A DNA stretch of 64,000 bases from Thermoplasmata archaeon (GTDB lineage: Archaea; Thermoplasmatota; Thermoplasmata; UBA10834), in assembly GCA_041559015.1 (NCBI GenBank), contig JBFFED010000001.1, forward strand, positions 2,361-66,360, read 5' to 3'. The position numbers and the translations under genes are program-made. The first letter of the stretch is position 1. Each line of letters opens with the position of its first letter. A model generated the notes under the pieces. The model had not been told where the DNA came from and ran no database searches. It saw only the letters and a program-made list of their open reading frames with translations. This document shows positions 9,386 through 17,484 of the stretch, piece by piece.

Positions 9386-10103
9386 CCTCCGGGGTCTTCT
9401 CCGGCGCCTTCTGAGCCACTCTGGCCACCTCGGGCGAGGTGGTTATCGCGCAGAGCGCCTTCGCGGTGACAGTCCAGGCCTTCATCATCCTGGGGCCGAG
9501 GGATATCTTGGAGTGTGGGAACTTGCTCAGGTCCGACCTGAACCCGCCCTTCGAGAAGCCGCCTATGATCACAACGACGCGCTCCCACTCCTCGGACGAG
9601 AACTTCTCCTGCAGGGGTGTCAATTCACCCTCCTGCGCCAGTACTATGACCTCGTCCGGCTTCAGGGCTTTCACGAGGGCGTCGAGCGGGACATCGTTCC
9701 TCAGTTCTAGAAGGGCGTTCTCCCTCGACGGCACGACCCTCTGGTCGTAGAGCTGCTCGATCAGGCCCACGAACCTCGGGTAGTTGGGTGGGAGCCGCGT
9801 CTCGGGCTTGACTGCGATGACGTCGTTGTTCCTTGTGTGCACGAACACCCTCAGCTTGCCGTCGGCGGACAGGTCGGAGTCCATCGACAGCATGAGGTAG
9901 AAGTGGACGATGTCCGGCCTGCCGCGCCTCTCCGACTCCGGGAGCTTCGAGAACGCGGGGTGGTGGTGGGACGCATCGAGCAGTATCTTCTCAGGGGCCT
10001 TGCCCCTCGCGCGCGCGTTGTTGAGTATGCATCTCTCCCTGAGCAGCTCGGGGGGCACGAGCTCGAGCTCCGAATCCGCGAGTATGAAGAAGTACTGCGT
10101 CAT
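9330..10103 (-). CDS. nep1: Ribosomal RNA small-subunit methyltransferase Nep1 (Emg1-family SPOUT pseudouridine-N1 methyltransferase)
   Basis: ILADSELELVP…RGRPDIVHFYL…GKLRVFVHT…RLPPNYPRFVGLIEQL… matches Nep1 family motifs. Lys-rich C-terminal tail. ATG at 10103 overlaps the purP stop (ATGA). Confidence 0.8.
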   Translation of the reverse strand: MTQYFFILADSELELVPPELLRERCILNNARARGKAPEKILLDASHHHPAFSKLPESERRGRPDIVHFYLMLSMDSDLSADGKLRVFVHTRNNDVIAVKPETRLPPNYPRFVGLIEQLYDQRVVPSRENALLELRNDVPLDALVKALKPDEVIVLAQEGELTPLQEKFSSEEWERVVVIIGGFSKGGFRSDLSKFPHSKISLGPRMMKAWTVTAKALCAITTSPEVARVAQKAPEKTPEVKALKPSRSRRAPKKKAE

Positions 10104-11170
10104 GAGAGTATCTCCCCCAGCCTTCCGCTCTCCTTGGCGAACTTGACCTCTTGGGCTATCCTCCTGCCGGTAGACACACCGGGCTCGAGCAGGTCGGAGT
10201 ACGGGGAGCCGGACACGAACGGGTTGGTGCCCGCCACTATCCTGGACGATATCTCGAACACCTTCACCTGTAGATTGTCGGTCACGATGCACTCGAGGCA
10301 GAACGGGCCAATCATGCCTCCGAACAGCTCCAGGGACTTCTCGACGGCCCTCTCGCCCATGTCCAGCAGCTTCGGGAGCAGGGACTCGCGGACCACGACG
10401 GGCACGTTGCCCGTGACGACGAATGTCGGGAAGAAGCCGAGCTTCTTCAGCTCCTCCTGTGCCCCGAGCTTGTACATCTCGTCTATGTTGGACTCATCGC
10501 GCCTGTCAATGCTAAGGAGCTCGAGCACGCCCTTGCTGAGCTTGTAGCCCTGGGTCCTGATGGGCGAGTAGAAGTAGTGTATGTAGTACCTCGTGCCGAG
10601 GATGTACTCCTGGATTGAGAACTTCTGGCTGTGGTCTATCCCGAGCTTGAAGTCCGGATAGTCCTTCGCTATGAAGAACCCGCGTCCGCCCTTGGCGCCG
10701 TCGTACTTCACGAGCACCGGCCTGTCGATGAGCTTGGGGTCGTCTATCTTCCTGGGCATCTCGAGACCTGCCCCGGTGATCCACAGCCGCTCCTTCTCCC
10801 GGTCGCTCTCCCAGTCGAGGACCGTCCTGTTCCCGAAGGTCGGCACCTCGAGCTCCTCGAAGTTCCTCGTGTTCATGTACTCGATGAAGGAGCCGTGGGG
10901 GACGAGGATCACGTTCCTCTCTGTCAGCTCTGAGGCCCTGTCCAGGAGCTGCGTGTATGAGTCCACGAAGAAGAACTCGTCGGGCTTGCCCCTCGGGAAG
11001 GCATCATAGAACTTGGTTTTCTGTCCGACCGCTATACCAAGGGTCTTGAAGCCCTCCTTCCGGGCGCCGTCGAATATCTGGAGCGACGTGTGAGAACAAG
11101 CGGTGGCGATGACCAGGTTGTCCTTGTCATAGCCATCTATTATGCGGTTGATCCTCTCCCGGGAAACCAT
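10100..11170 (-). CDS. purP: 5-formaminoimidazole-4-carboxamide ribonucleotide (FAICAR) synthetase PurP (archaeal ATP-grasp)
   Basis: Residue-level similarity to archaeal PurP across the full length (…NLVIATACSHTSLQIFDGARKEGF…, …GNVPVVVRESLLP…, …GPFCLE…EISSRI…GTN…GSPYS…). Confidence 0.9.
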   Translation of the reverse strand: MVSRERINRIIDGYDKDNLVIATACSHTSLQIFDGARKEGFKTLGIAVGQKTKFYDAFPRGKPDEFFFVDSYTQLLDRASELTERNVILVPHGSFIEYMNTRNFEELEVPTFGNRTVLDWESDREKERLWITGAGLEMPRKIDDPKLIDRPVLVKYDGAKGGRGFFIAKDYPDFKLGIDHSQKFSIQEYILGTRYYIHYFYSPIRTQGYKLSKGVLELLSIDRRDESNIDEMYKLGAQEELKKLGFFPTFVVTGNVPVVVRESLLPKLLDMGERAVEKSLELFGGMIGPFCLECIVTDNLQVKVFEISSRIVAGTNPFVSGSPYSDLLEPGVSTGRRIAQEVKFAKESGRLGEILS

Positions 11171-11257
11171 TATCGCACATATTCTGTTTTCTGATTTAAA
11201 ACTTGCCTCACCGTTATGGGGCGAGCGTCCAAAGTATAAGACGCAGCCTGGCCGACA

Positions 11258-12022
11258 TCAGACCCTCGCGTGCCGCCTCAGAACCTCGCTCCCCAGGAGG
11301 AGTATCTCAAATCCATTCAGCTCGCCCAGCAAGACGCCGTCGTCGTCGACCACGGGAAGGTCCTCCATGCTGTTGTCTATCATCTTCCTGAGCGCGGTGA
11401 TCAACTTGTCGTCCTGGTAGACCGTGACTGGCTTGACCATGTACTCTTCCACTGAGAACGGCAACACCCCCCTCTTGCTCCTGACCACGGGCCGGTCCTT
11501 GTCGAAGAGCGACAGGGAGCTCTCGATGGCTTTCAGCATCTGATTGAGCCCGATCATCCCCAGTAGACGCCTCCCGTCATCCACCACGTACGCGCTCCTC
11601 GTCCGAGGGTCCGCGAGGACCCTGTCCACGACCTCGTTGAGTATCATCCTCTGCGTGACGATTATCGGGTCGGTCACCACGAGCCTGAAGGCGTCCCGAA
11701 CATACCGGAATGAGAGTTCGTCAGCCATCCTCTCGAACATCCCTGCGCTCAGCTCCCGCTCGACTATCTCGAGCGCGGACCTGCCTGTCTGGGTCAGGGT
11801 GTGCTTCTTCCAGGTCCTCCTGCCAGGCTCCAATTGCTCGAGCACGCCCCTCGACTCCAGCTCCTTGAGGCCGGTGCTCACGTTCTGAATGGAGCGGCCA
11901 GAGTCCTGAGCAATCTCTGAAGCGCCTGCGAACTTGTGGTGCTTGAAGTACCTGATGGTCACGAGCCGTCTGTCGGATCTTATAATCCACTTCGCGATAT
12001 CCCTGGTGTCATTCTCCGCCAT
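11258..12022 (-). CDS. Transcriptional regulator with N-terminal winged-helix DNA-binding domain and a CBS domain pair
   Basis: wHTH region (…ASEIAQDSGRSIQNVSTGLKELESRGVLEQ…) followed by two CBS-like units (…DPIIVTQRMILNEVVDRVL…, …KPVTVYQDDKLITALRKMIDNSMEDLPVVDDDGVLLG…). Divergent from the opine-dehydrogenase operon. Confidence 0.7.
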   Translation of the reverse strand: MAENDTRDIAKWIIRSDRRLVTIRYFKHHKFAGASEIAQDSGRSIQNVSTGLKELESRGVLEQLEPGRRTWKKHTLTQTGRSALEIVERELSAGMFERMADELSFRYVRDAFRLVVTDPIIVTQRMILNEVVDRVLADPRTRSAYVVDDGRRLLGMIGLNQMLKAIESSLSLFDKDRPVVRSKRGVLPFSVEEYMVKPVTVYQDDKLITALRKMIDNSMEDLPVVDDDGVLLGELNGFEILLLGSEVLRRHARV

Positions 12023-12248
12023 GCTATCACTGAGCGAGCCGCAGGACTGGACTCTCTACCGCGCATGCCCTTCGATGATAATCGCTGGCAACCGTTTAAT
12101 AGTTATTCATCATTTATCATAATTAGTCATAGGGATGGCCCCTACTGATCCTCGCCATCTGTGAAACAGACCAGCTGGGGGCATCCCGCAAAGTTATCAC
12201 GAGGGTGTAAGTCTGCGTACCTCCAAATCGAGAGGTGAATCGAGGCCG

Positions 12249-13328
12249 ATTTTCGCGGTCCTTGGGGCCGGGCATGGCGGCCTGGCGATGGCCGGGCACC
12301 TGGCGATCATGGGCTTCCCCACGCGACTCTGGAACAGGTCGCGTGAGAGGATAGACAACGTCAACGACAGGGGCGGCGTCGAGGTCGAGGGGGTCATCGA
12401 GGGCTACGGCAATGTGGAGCTTGCCTCGGACGACATCGAGGAGGTGCTCGACGGCGCGGACGTCGTGATGGTAGTCGTGCCCGCACCTGGGCACAGAGAC
12501 GTCGCCGAGCTGTGCGCGCCCTATCTCACCAATAGGCACTCCGTGATACTCAATCCCGGCAGGACCTTCGGGGCGATAGAGTTCATGAACGTGCTCAGGC
12601 AGAAGAAGGTCAAGGCAAGGCCAATCGTCGCCGAGACGCAGACTTTCATCTATGTGTCAAGGCACGCGGAGCCGGCCAGGGCTAGGATAATCCAGATGAA
12701 GAACTCGGTGCCCTTGGCGGCCATCCCCGCGCACAAGACGCCCCAGGTCCTCGAAGTCGTGAGACGCGCCTTCCCGCAGTTCGTGGCAGCGAGCAACGTG
12801 CTCGAGACGAGCCTCGACAACATAGGTGCGATATTCCACCCGTCGCTCACAATCCTGAATGCCGCAAGGATAGAGTCCACGCACGGGGATTTCGAGTACT
12901 ACCTCGAGGGCATCTCGCCCTCTGCCGCAAGGGTCCTGGAATCGGCGGACGCGGAGCGGGTGGGCGTCGGTGCCGCACTCGGGATACATCTACACACAGC
13001 AAGGGAATGGCTCTATCTAGCCTACGACTCCCCTGGGAGAAGTCTCTACGAGGCGGTCCAGGCGACCCCCGGATACAAAGGCGTCCGCGCCCCCGCCACC
13101 TTGACCCACAGATACATCCTGGAGGACGTCCCCATGAGCCTCGTGCCCATCACATCAGTTGCAGGGCTCGCCGGGGTGAAGACCCCGACCCTCCAGACGC
13201 TCATACATCTTGCATCGACCATGCACGGCCGAGACTTCTGGGCCGAGGGAAGGACCGTCGAGAAGCTCGGGCTGGCAGGCATGTCAGTCAAGGACATCAG
13301 GATGCTGGCCGTCAGGGGTGTGCGCTGA
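12249..13328 (+). CDS. Opine (octopine/nopaline) dehydrogenase-family NAD(P)H oxidoreductase; start likely ATT upstream of the first ATG
   Basis: The track ORF begins at ATG 12288 (MAGHLAIMGF…). The in-frame upstream codons encode IFAVLGAGHGGLA, the GxGxxG Rossmann strand, with no canonical start. GAGGTGA SD-like sequence lies about 9 nt before the ATT at about 12249. C-terminal region matches the Octopine_DH-type domain. Confidence 0.75.
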   Translation: MFAVLGAGHGGLAMAGHLAIMGFPTRLWNRSRERIDNVNDRGGVEVEGVIEGYGNVELASDDIEEVLDGADVVMVVVPAPGHRDVAELCAPYLTNRHSVILNPGRTFGAIEFMNVLRQKKVKARPIVAETQTFIYVSRHAEPARARIIQMKNSVPLAAIPAHKTPQVLEVVRRAFPQFVAASNVLETSLDNIGAIFHPSLTILNAARIESTHGDFEYYLEGISPSAARVLESADAERVGVGAALGIHLHTAREWLYLAYDSPGRSLYEAVQATPGYKGVRAPATLTHRYILEDVPMSLVPITSVAGLAGVKTPTLQTLIHLASTMHGRDFWAEGRTVEKLGLAGMSVKDIRMLAVRGVR

Positions 13329-14986
13329 TTAGGATCCTTGGAGCGGCCATAGGCAACTGTGTCCACGTCGGCGGCATAAATGCGTTCCTGGGGCTGGCGA
13401 AGGGCATGGGATACGAGGTAGAGTTCATGGGCCCTGCGGTCCCGGTCAGGCAGCTGGTGCCCGCGATCAAGCTCAAGAACCCGGACATAGTCGCGCTGAG
13501 CTACAGGTTGACCGCAGAGTCTGCGGCACCCATCTTCGAGGAGCTGAAGGCGGAGATCGAGAAGGACCCTGCCCTTCAGGGCAGGCGATACCTCTTCGGG
13601 GGCACCGCCCCCGTTGCGATGGTCGCCCGCGACAGCGGCATCTTCGAGGCGGCGTTCGACGGCAGCGAGCCTGTGGAGGCCATCAAGGCGGCCCTTCAGA
13701 GAGTACCCGTACCCAAGGAGGAGAGGGTCTGGAGCCCGAGCCTCATAGGTCGGATAGAGAGCTCGTACCCCGTCCCGCTCCTTAGACACCATTTCGGGCT
13801 GCCGAGGATGAAGGACACCCTCGAGGGCGCGAGGAGAATCGCGGAGGCGGGTGTTCTGGACATACTCTCCCTGGCACCCGACCAGAACGCCCAGGAATCC
13901 TTCTTCCGGCCGATGGAGATGGACCCGAACCTGGACGGCGCCGGGGGCGCGCCCTTCAGGAGGCCTGAAGACCTGAAGGCGGTCTGGGACGCCACCAGAA
14001 GGGGCAGCCACCCGCTCCTGAGATGCTACAGCGGCACTCGCGACCTCATAAAGTGGGCGGAGATGCTCAAGTCAACGATCGACATTGCCTGGGGGGCAGT
14101 GCCGATCTCCTGGTACAGTGAGCTGGACGGCCGGTCGAAGCGCCCGCTCAGGGACGCGATCGCGGAGAACCAGGAGGCCATCAGGTGGTACGCCCGGAGC
14201 GGAATCCCGGTCGAGATAAACGAGTCGCATCAGTGGGCCCTGAGGGGCTGCGGCGACACTATAGAGCTTGCGATGGCGTACGTTGCCGCCTGCAACGCGC
14301 GCGCGCTCGGCGTTAGGGACTACGTTTGCCAGCTCATGTTCGACACGCCGAAGGGCATCTCGCCTTCCATGGACCTGGCGAAGATGCTCGCCAAGCTGGA
14401 ACTCGTCGAATCGCTCGCGAACGGCACGTTCAAAGTCATCAGGATGGTGAGGTCCGGGCTGGCATCCCTGTCACCTTCCCAGAATGAGGCGAAGGGCCAG
14501 CTCGCCGCGTCGATATACTCCGCCATGTCCCTTCAGCCGCACATAGTCCATGTCGTTGGTTTCAGCGAGGCCGACCACGTCGCCACGCCCCAGGAGATAA
14601 TCGAGAGCTGTCAGATAGCGAAGGGGGCCGTGGCCAAGGCCCTGCTTGGCATGCCGAGCCCCGAGGCCGATCCAAAGATCGCGGCCAGGAAGGCGCAGCT
14701 GCTTGAGGAGGTGAAGTTCCTCCTGGACGCGGTCAAGAGGACTGGCAGCAAGGAGGTCAAGGAGCCGCTCACATCGCCCGAGGTACTGTCAATGGCGGTG
14801 AAGCGCGGGCTCCTGGACGCCCCCGACCTCAAGGGGAACCCTGCAGCGCTCGGCTCGATCACGACCACGATCGTCAACGGCGCGTGCGTGGCAGTCGACA
14901 GGGCCTCGAACCTTCCGATTCTGGAGAGGGACCGGGTGGCGAAGCTCGCAACAACCGAGGAGGACCTCGACCTCGTGGAGATATAG
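13328..14986 (+). CDS. Fusion of MutS-like B12-binding-type domain and GlmE-like domain (methylaspartate/glutamate-mutase-like)
   Basis: N-terminal about 130 aa resemble the glutamate-mutase S subunit fold (RILGAAIGNCVHVGG…GYEVEFMGPAV…DIVALSYRLT…) but lack the Asp of DxHxxG. The remainder aligns in pattern to GlmE/MamB (…GAVPISWYSELDGRS…IRWYARSGIPVEINESHQWAL…). The only in-frame ATG/GTG/TTG is far upstream inside the opine dehydrogenase gene, so start is placed at the ATT overlapping the opine dehydrogenase stop. Confidence 0.6.
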   Translation: MRILGAAIGNCVHVGGINAFLGLAKGMGYEVEFMGPAVPVRQLVPAIKLKNPDIVALSYRLTAESAAPIFEELKAEIEKDPALQGRRYLFGGTAPVAMVARDSGIFEAAFDGSEPVEAIKAALQRVPVPKEERVWSPSLIGRIESSYPVPLLRHHFGLPRMKDTLEGARRIAEAGVLDILSLAPDQNAQESFFRPMEMDPNLDGAGGAPFRRPEDLKAVWDATRRGSHPLLRCYSGTRDLIKWAEMLKSTIDIAWGAVPISWYSELDGRSKRPLRDAIAENQEAIRWYARSGIPVEINESHQWALRGCGDTIELAMAYVAACNARALGVRDYVCQLMFDTPKGISPSMDLAKMLAKLELVESLANGTFKVIRMVRSGLASLSPSQNEAKGQLAASIYSAMSLQPHIVHVVGFSEADHVATPQEIIESCQIAKGAVAKALLGMPSPEADPKIAARKAQLLEEVKFLLDAVKRTGSKEVKEPLTSPEVLSMAVKRGLLDAPDLKGNPAALGSITTTIVNGACVAVDRASNLPILERDRVAKLATTEEDLDLVEI

Positions 14987-14999
14987 GAGTTCGGATACG

Positions 15000-16475
15000 A
15001 TGCAAGGGATAGCAGGCACATATGGTTCGCCTGACCGGATACTGGCAAGACGGATGGTCGAGAGGATCTCGCACAGGGGTCCAGACAGGAAGGACATGAT
15101 CGAAGATGACGGACTGGCAATCGCGGCTCGTAAGCCCAGGCCGTCCCCGAAAGGCACCGCCAGGGCAATCGTGGAAGGAGATGGTATCGCAGTAGCGTCG
15201 GACAGCTACCTGTTCAACTCGGAGCTCCTCAAGGAGCTCTTCCTGGAGGACTCGGATGAGGACGCCGGAGACGCCGACCTCCTCATAGACATGTACACGG
15301 CCATAGGGACGAAGATGTTCGGGTACCTCGATGGGGCTTTCGCAATCGCGATATCCGACAACGGCCGGCTGGTGCTCGCGAGGGACAGGTACGGACTGAA
15401 ACCCATGTACATCTCCGGGGGCGTCCGCGAGGGCACCTTCTCCTCTGAGATCAAGTCCCAGCTCGTCGCGGGGGACGAGTTCGTGCCCTTCCCTCCAGGG
15501 AAGGTCCTCGTGGCCGGCAAGGGCTTCTCGCCGATGTGGCCTCGTAAGCCCCCGGTGAGCAGGAGCCGCCCGTCAGGAGACAAGCCGAAGAAACTCCGAC
15601 AGCTGGTGATCGACGGGGTGAGGAGCTGCTGCCGGGAAGGGCAGGGTCTGAACGTCCTGCTCAGCGGAGGGATAGACAGCAGCGTGGTTGCCGCAGCGGC
15701 GTCCGAGGTGACGGACGGGCTGTCAACTGTCTGCGTGGGGACCGAGCGGAGCTCGGACCTCAGGATGGCGAGGAAGGTCGCGGAGAGGATAGGCTCCGAC
15801 CACAGGGAGAAGGTATACAGCACCGAGGAGATGCTCGACGTCCTAGAAGAAGTGGTCTGCGCGGCCGAGAGCTTCGATTTCCCGCTCATCAGGAGCTGCA
15901 TACCAAACTACATGGCCACGCACCTGTTTGACGACAGGCACCTGGTCACCTTGTGTGGTGAGGGGGGCGACGAGATCTTCGCGGGGTACGATTACATGCG
16001 CGCCATCAGCGGTGACGAGGCTCTGAGGAGGGAGCGCAGGAAACTGCTCAGGACAGGTTGGATGACGGGGTTCCAGAGGGTTGACAGGATGACCGCGAGC
16101 GCGTCCCTAGACGGGCGCATTCCCCTGATGGGCAGGGACATGGTCGATTTCGGGATGTCGCTCGACAGGAGGGACCTGATAGGCCCCGGCATCGAGCACA
16201 GCAAACTGATCCTGAGGAAGGCGTTCCAGAAGTCCCTGCCGAAGGAAGTCGCGTGGAGGAGGAAGCAGAGGTTCAGCGACGGCGCTGGTTCCATCCAAGC
16301 CCTGGTGTCGATAGCCGAGGATATGATATCCGATGCCGAATTCGAGAAGGAGCGGAGGGTGCTCCCCAGGGGAAGGATAAGGACGAAGGAAGAGCTCCTG
16401 TACTACCGTTACTTCACCGAGGAGTTCCCGTCCAAGAGCGCGGCGGCGGCGGTCGGCTTCACTCCTAGGCCTTAG
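15000..16475 (+). CDS. Asparagine-synthetase-family (AsnB-like) ATP-dependent amide synthetase lacking the N-terminal Cys nucleophile
   Basis: MQGIAGTYG… has Gln where class-II amidotransferases have Cys2. Intact PP-loop SGGIDSS and C-terminal synthetase domain. 491 aa. Confidence 0.85.
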   Translation: MQGIAGTYGSPDRILARRMVERISHRGPDRKDMIEDDGLAIAARKPRPSPKGTARAIVEGDGIAVASDSYLFNSELLKELFLEDSDEDAGDADLLIDMYTAIGTKMFGYLDGAFAIAISDNGRLVLARDRYGLKPMYISGGVREGTFSSEIKSQLVAGDEFVPFPPGKVLVAGKGFSPMWPRKPPVSRSRPSGDKPKKLRQLVIDGVRSCCREGQGLNVLLSGGIDSSVVAAAASEVTDGLSTVCVGTERSSDLRMARKVAERIGSDHREKVYSTEEMLDVLEEVVCAAESFDFPLIRSCIPNYMATHLFDDRHLVTLCGEGGDEIFAGYDYMRAISGDEALRRERRKLLRTGWMTGFQRVDRMTASASLDGRIPLMGRDMVDFGMSLDRRDLIGPGIEHSKLILRKAFQKSLPKEVAWRRKQRFSDGAGSIQALVSIAEDMISDAEFEKERRVLPRGRIRTKEELLYYRYFTEEFPSKSAAAAVGFTPRP

Positions 16476-17268
16476 ATCGAGCCTTCTTCGCTCTGGTCTT
16501 GCGTGCAGCCGGAGTGCGGGCGGGCGGTATCACGTTCCTGCGGCGCTCAGCGGTGGTGTACCTGCAGGCCAACTGACACGCCGTGCACATGACAGTGCTC
16601 TGGGGCGTAAGGGCGGCACAGTGCTTCGACAGCAACTGCTTCAGCTCTGGCTTCGCGCCGGGAGTGGTCGTCACGCCCACGAGGCACCTGCCAGGGTCGA
16701 CCGTGTACGGCTCGAGGGCGTCCGCGGGACAGGCGGTTAGGCATCTCTCGCACTTCCCGCACAGGTCGCCCTCGAAAGGCCTGTCGGGGGCGAGGGGTGC
16801 GTTGGTCAGCACGGCTCCGAACCGGAGCCACGGGCCGTACTTGGGGTGTATGATGAGGGCGTTCTTGCCGTAGCTGCCTACCCCCGCGAGCTGGGCGATG
16901 CGCTTGTAAGAGGCGTACACGGACGGAGCGCACGCCTCGAAGCCGTAGTTCCTGATCACTCTCATCAGCTCGCGCATGATTATGCTGATGGGCATGTATC
17001 CGGGATAGTCCTGACGGCCATCTGACCGCCTGATCTCTATCTCGTCCGCATCGTCGGTCGACAATATGCCGAACAGGACGACCGATCTAGCGTCCGGCAT
17101 AGTGTCGCGTAGCTTCTTGGTCCACCTGTTTATGGTCCACTCGATCTTCACGGGGGGGAGTGCGTCAGCGTCGTCCACTGAGACGATTCCGAACACGACC
17201 GCGCCCTTCTTCCTGGCCCTGTCCCTGAGCACGTCCTTCAGGTCTGCATCTCTCTTGACCGGCACCAT
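16465..17268 (-). CDS. QueG-like Fe-S oxidoreductase (DUF1730 plus two 4Fe-4S ferredoxin motifs)
   Basis: …IIHPKYGPWLRFGAVLTNAPL…CGKCERCLTACP… and a second Cys cluster (…CTACQLAC…) match the epoxyqueuosine-reductase architecture. Basic C-terminal tail. Confidence 0.65.
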   Translation of the reverse strand: MVPVKRDADLKDVLRDRARKKGAVVFGIVSVDDADALPPVKIEWTINRWTKKLRDTMPDARSVVLFGILSTDDADEIEIRRSDGRQDYPGYMPISIIMRELMRVIRNYGFEACAPSVYASYKRIAQLAGVGSYGKNALIIHPKYGPWLRFGAVLTNAPLAPDRPFEGDLCGKCERCLTACPADALEPYTVDPGRCLVGVTTTPGAKPELKQLLSKHCAALTPQSTVMCTACQLACRYTTAERRRNVIPPARTPAARKTRAKKARSKA

Positions 17269-17484
17269 TGTCCCGACCCTGGAATGCGCTCCCGCCTATT
17301 GAATGGTGTCCTCTGGCCAAGGCGCGCCTGTCGAACGGGCCCATGGACGCGATGTCTCCGTCCATAAGTATTCCGGCGAGAGTGGCGAGCGACCAGTCGC
17401 CGCGTGCGTCACACCACCAGGAGCGTCAAGCATTATAAGGCGAGAGCAGATGCGAAGAGGGACATCCACGGGGTGCAGAGGCGC

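Noticed and set aside
13007-13327. Pro/Arg-rich 107-codon N-terminal extension of the mutase-like ORF from an alternative start
   Set aside because: Overlaps the opine dehydrogenase coding region in a different frame and has non-protein-like composition. The true start is more likely at or near 13328.
13046-14011. 321-aa minus-strand ORF antisense to the mutase-like gene
   Set aside because: Shadow ORF in a GC-rich region with no motif content.
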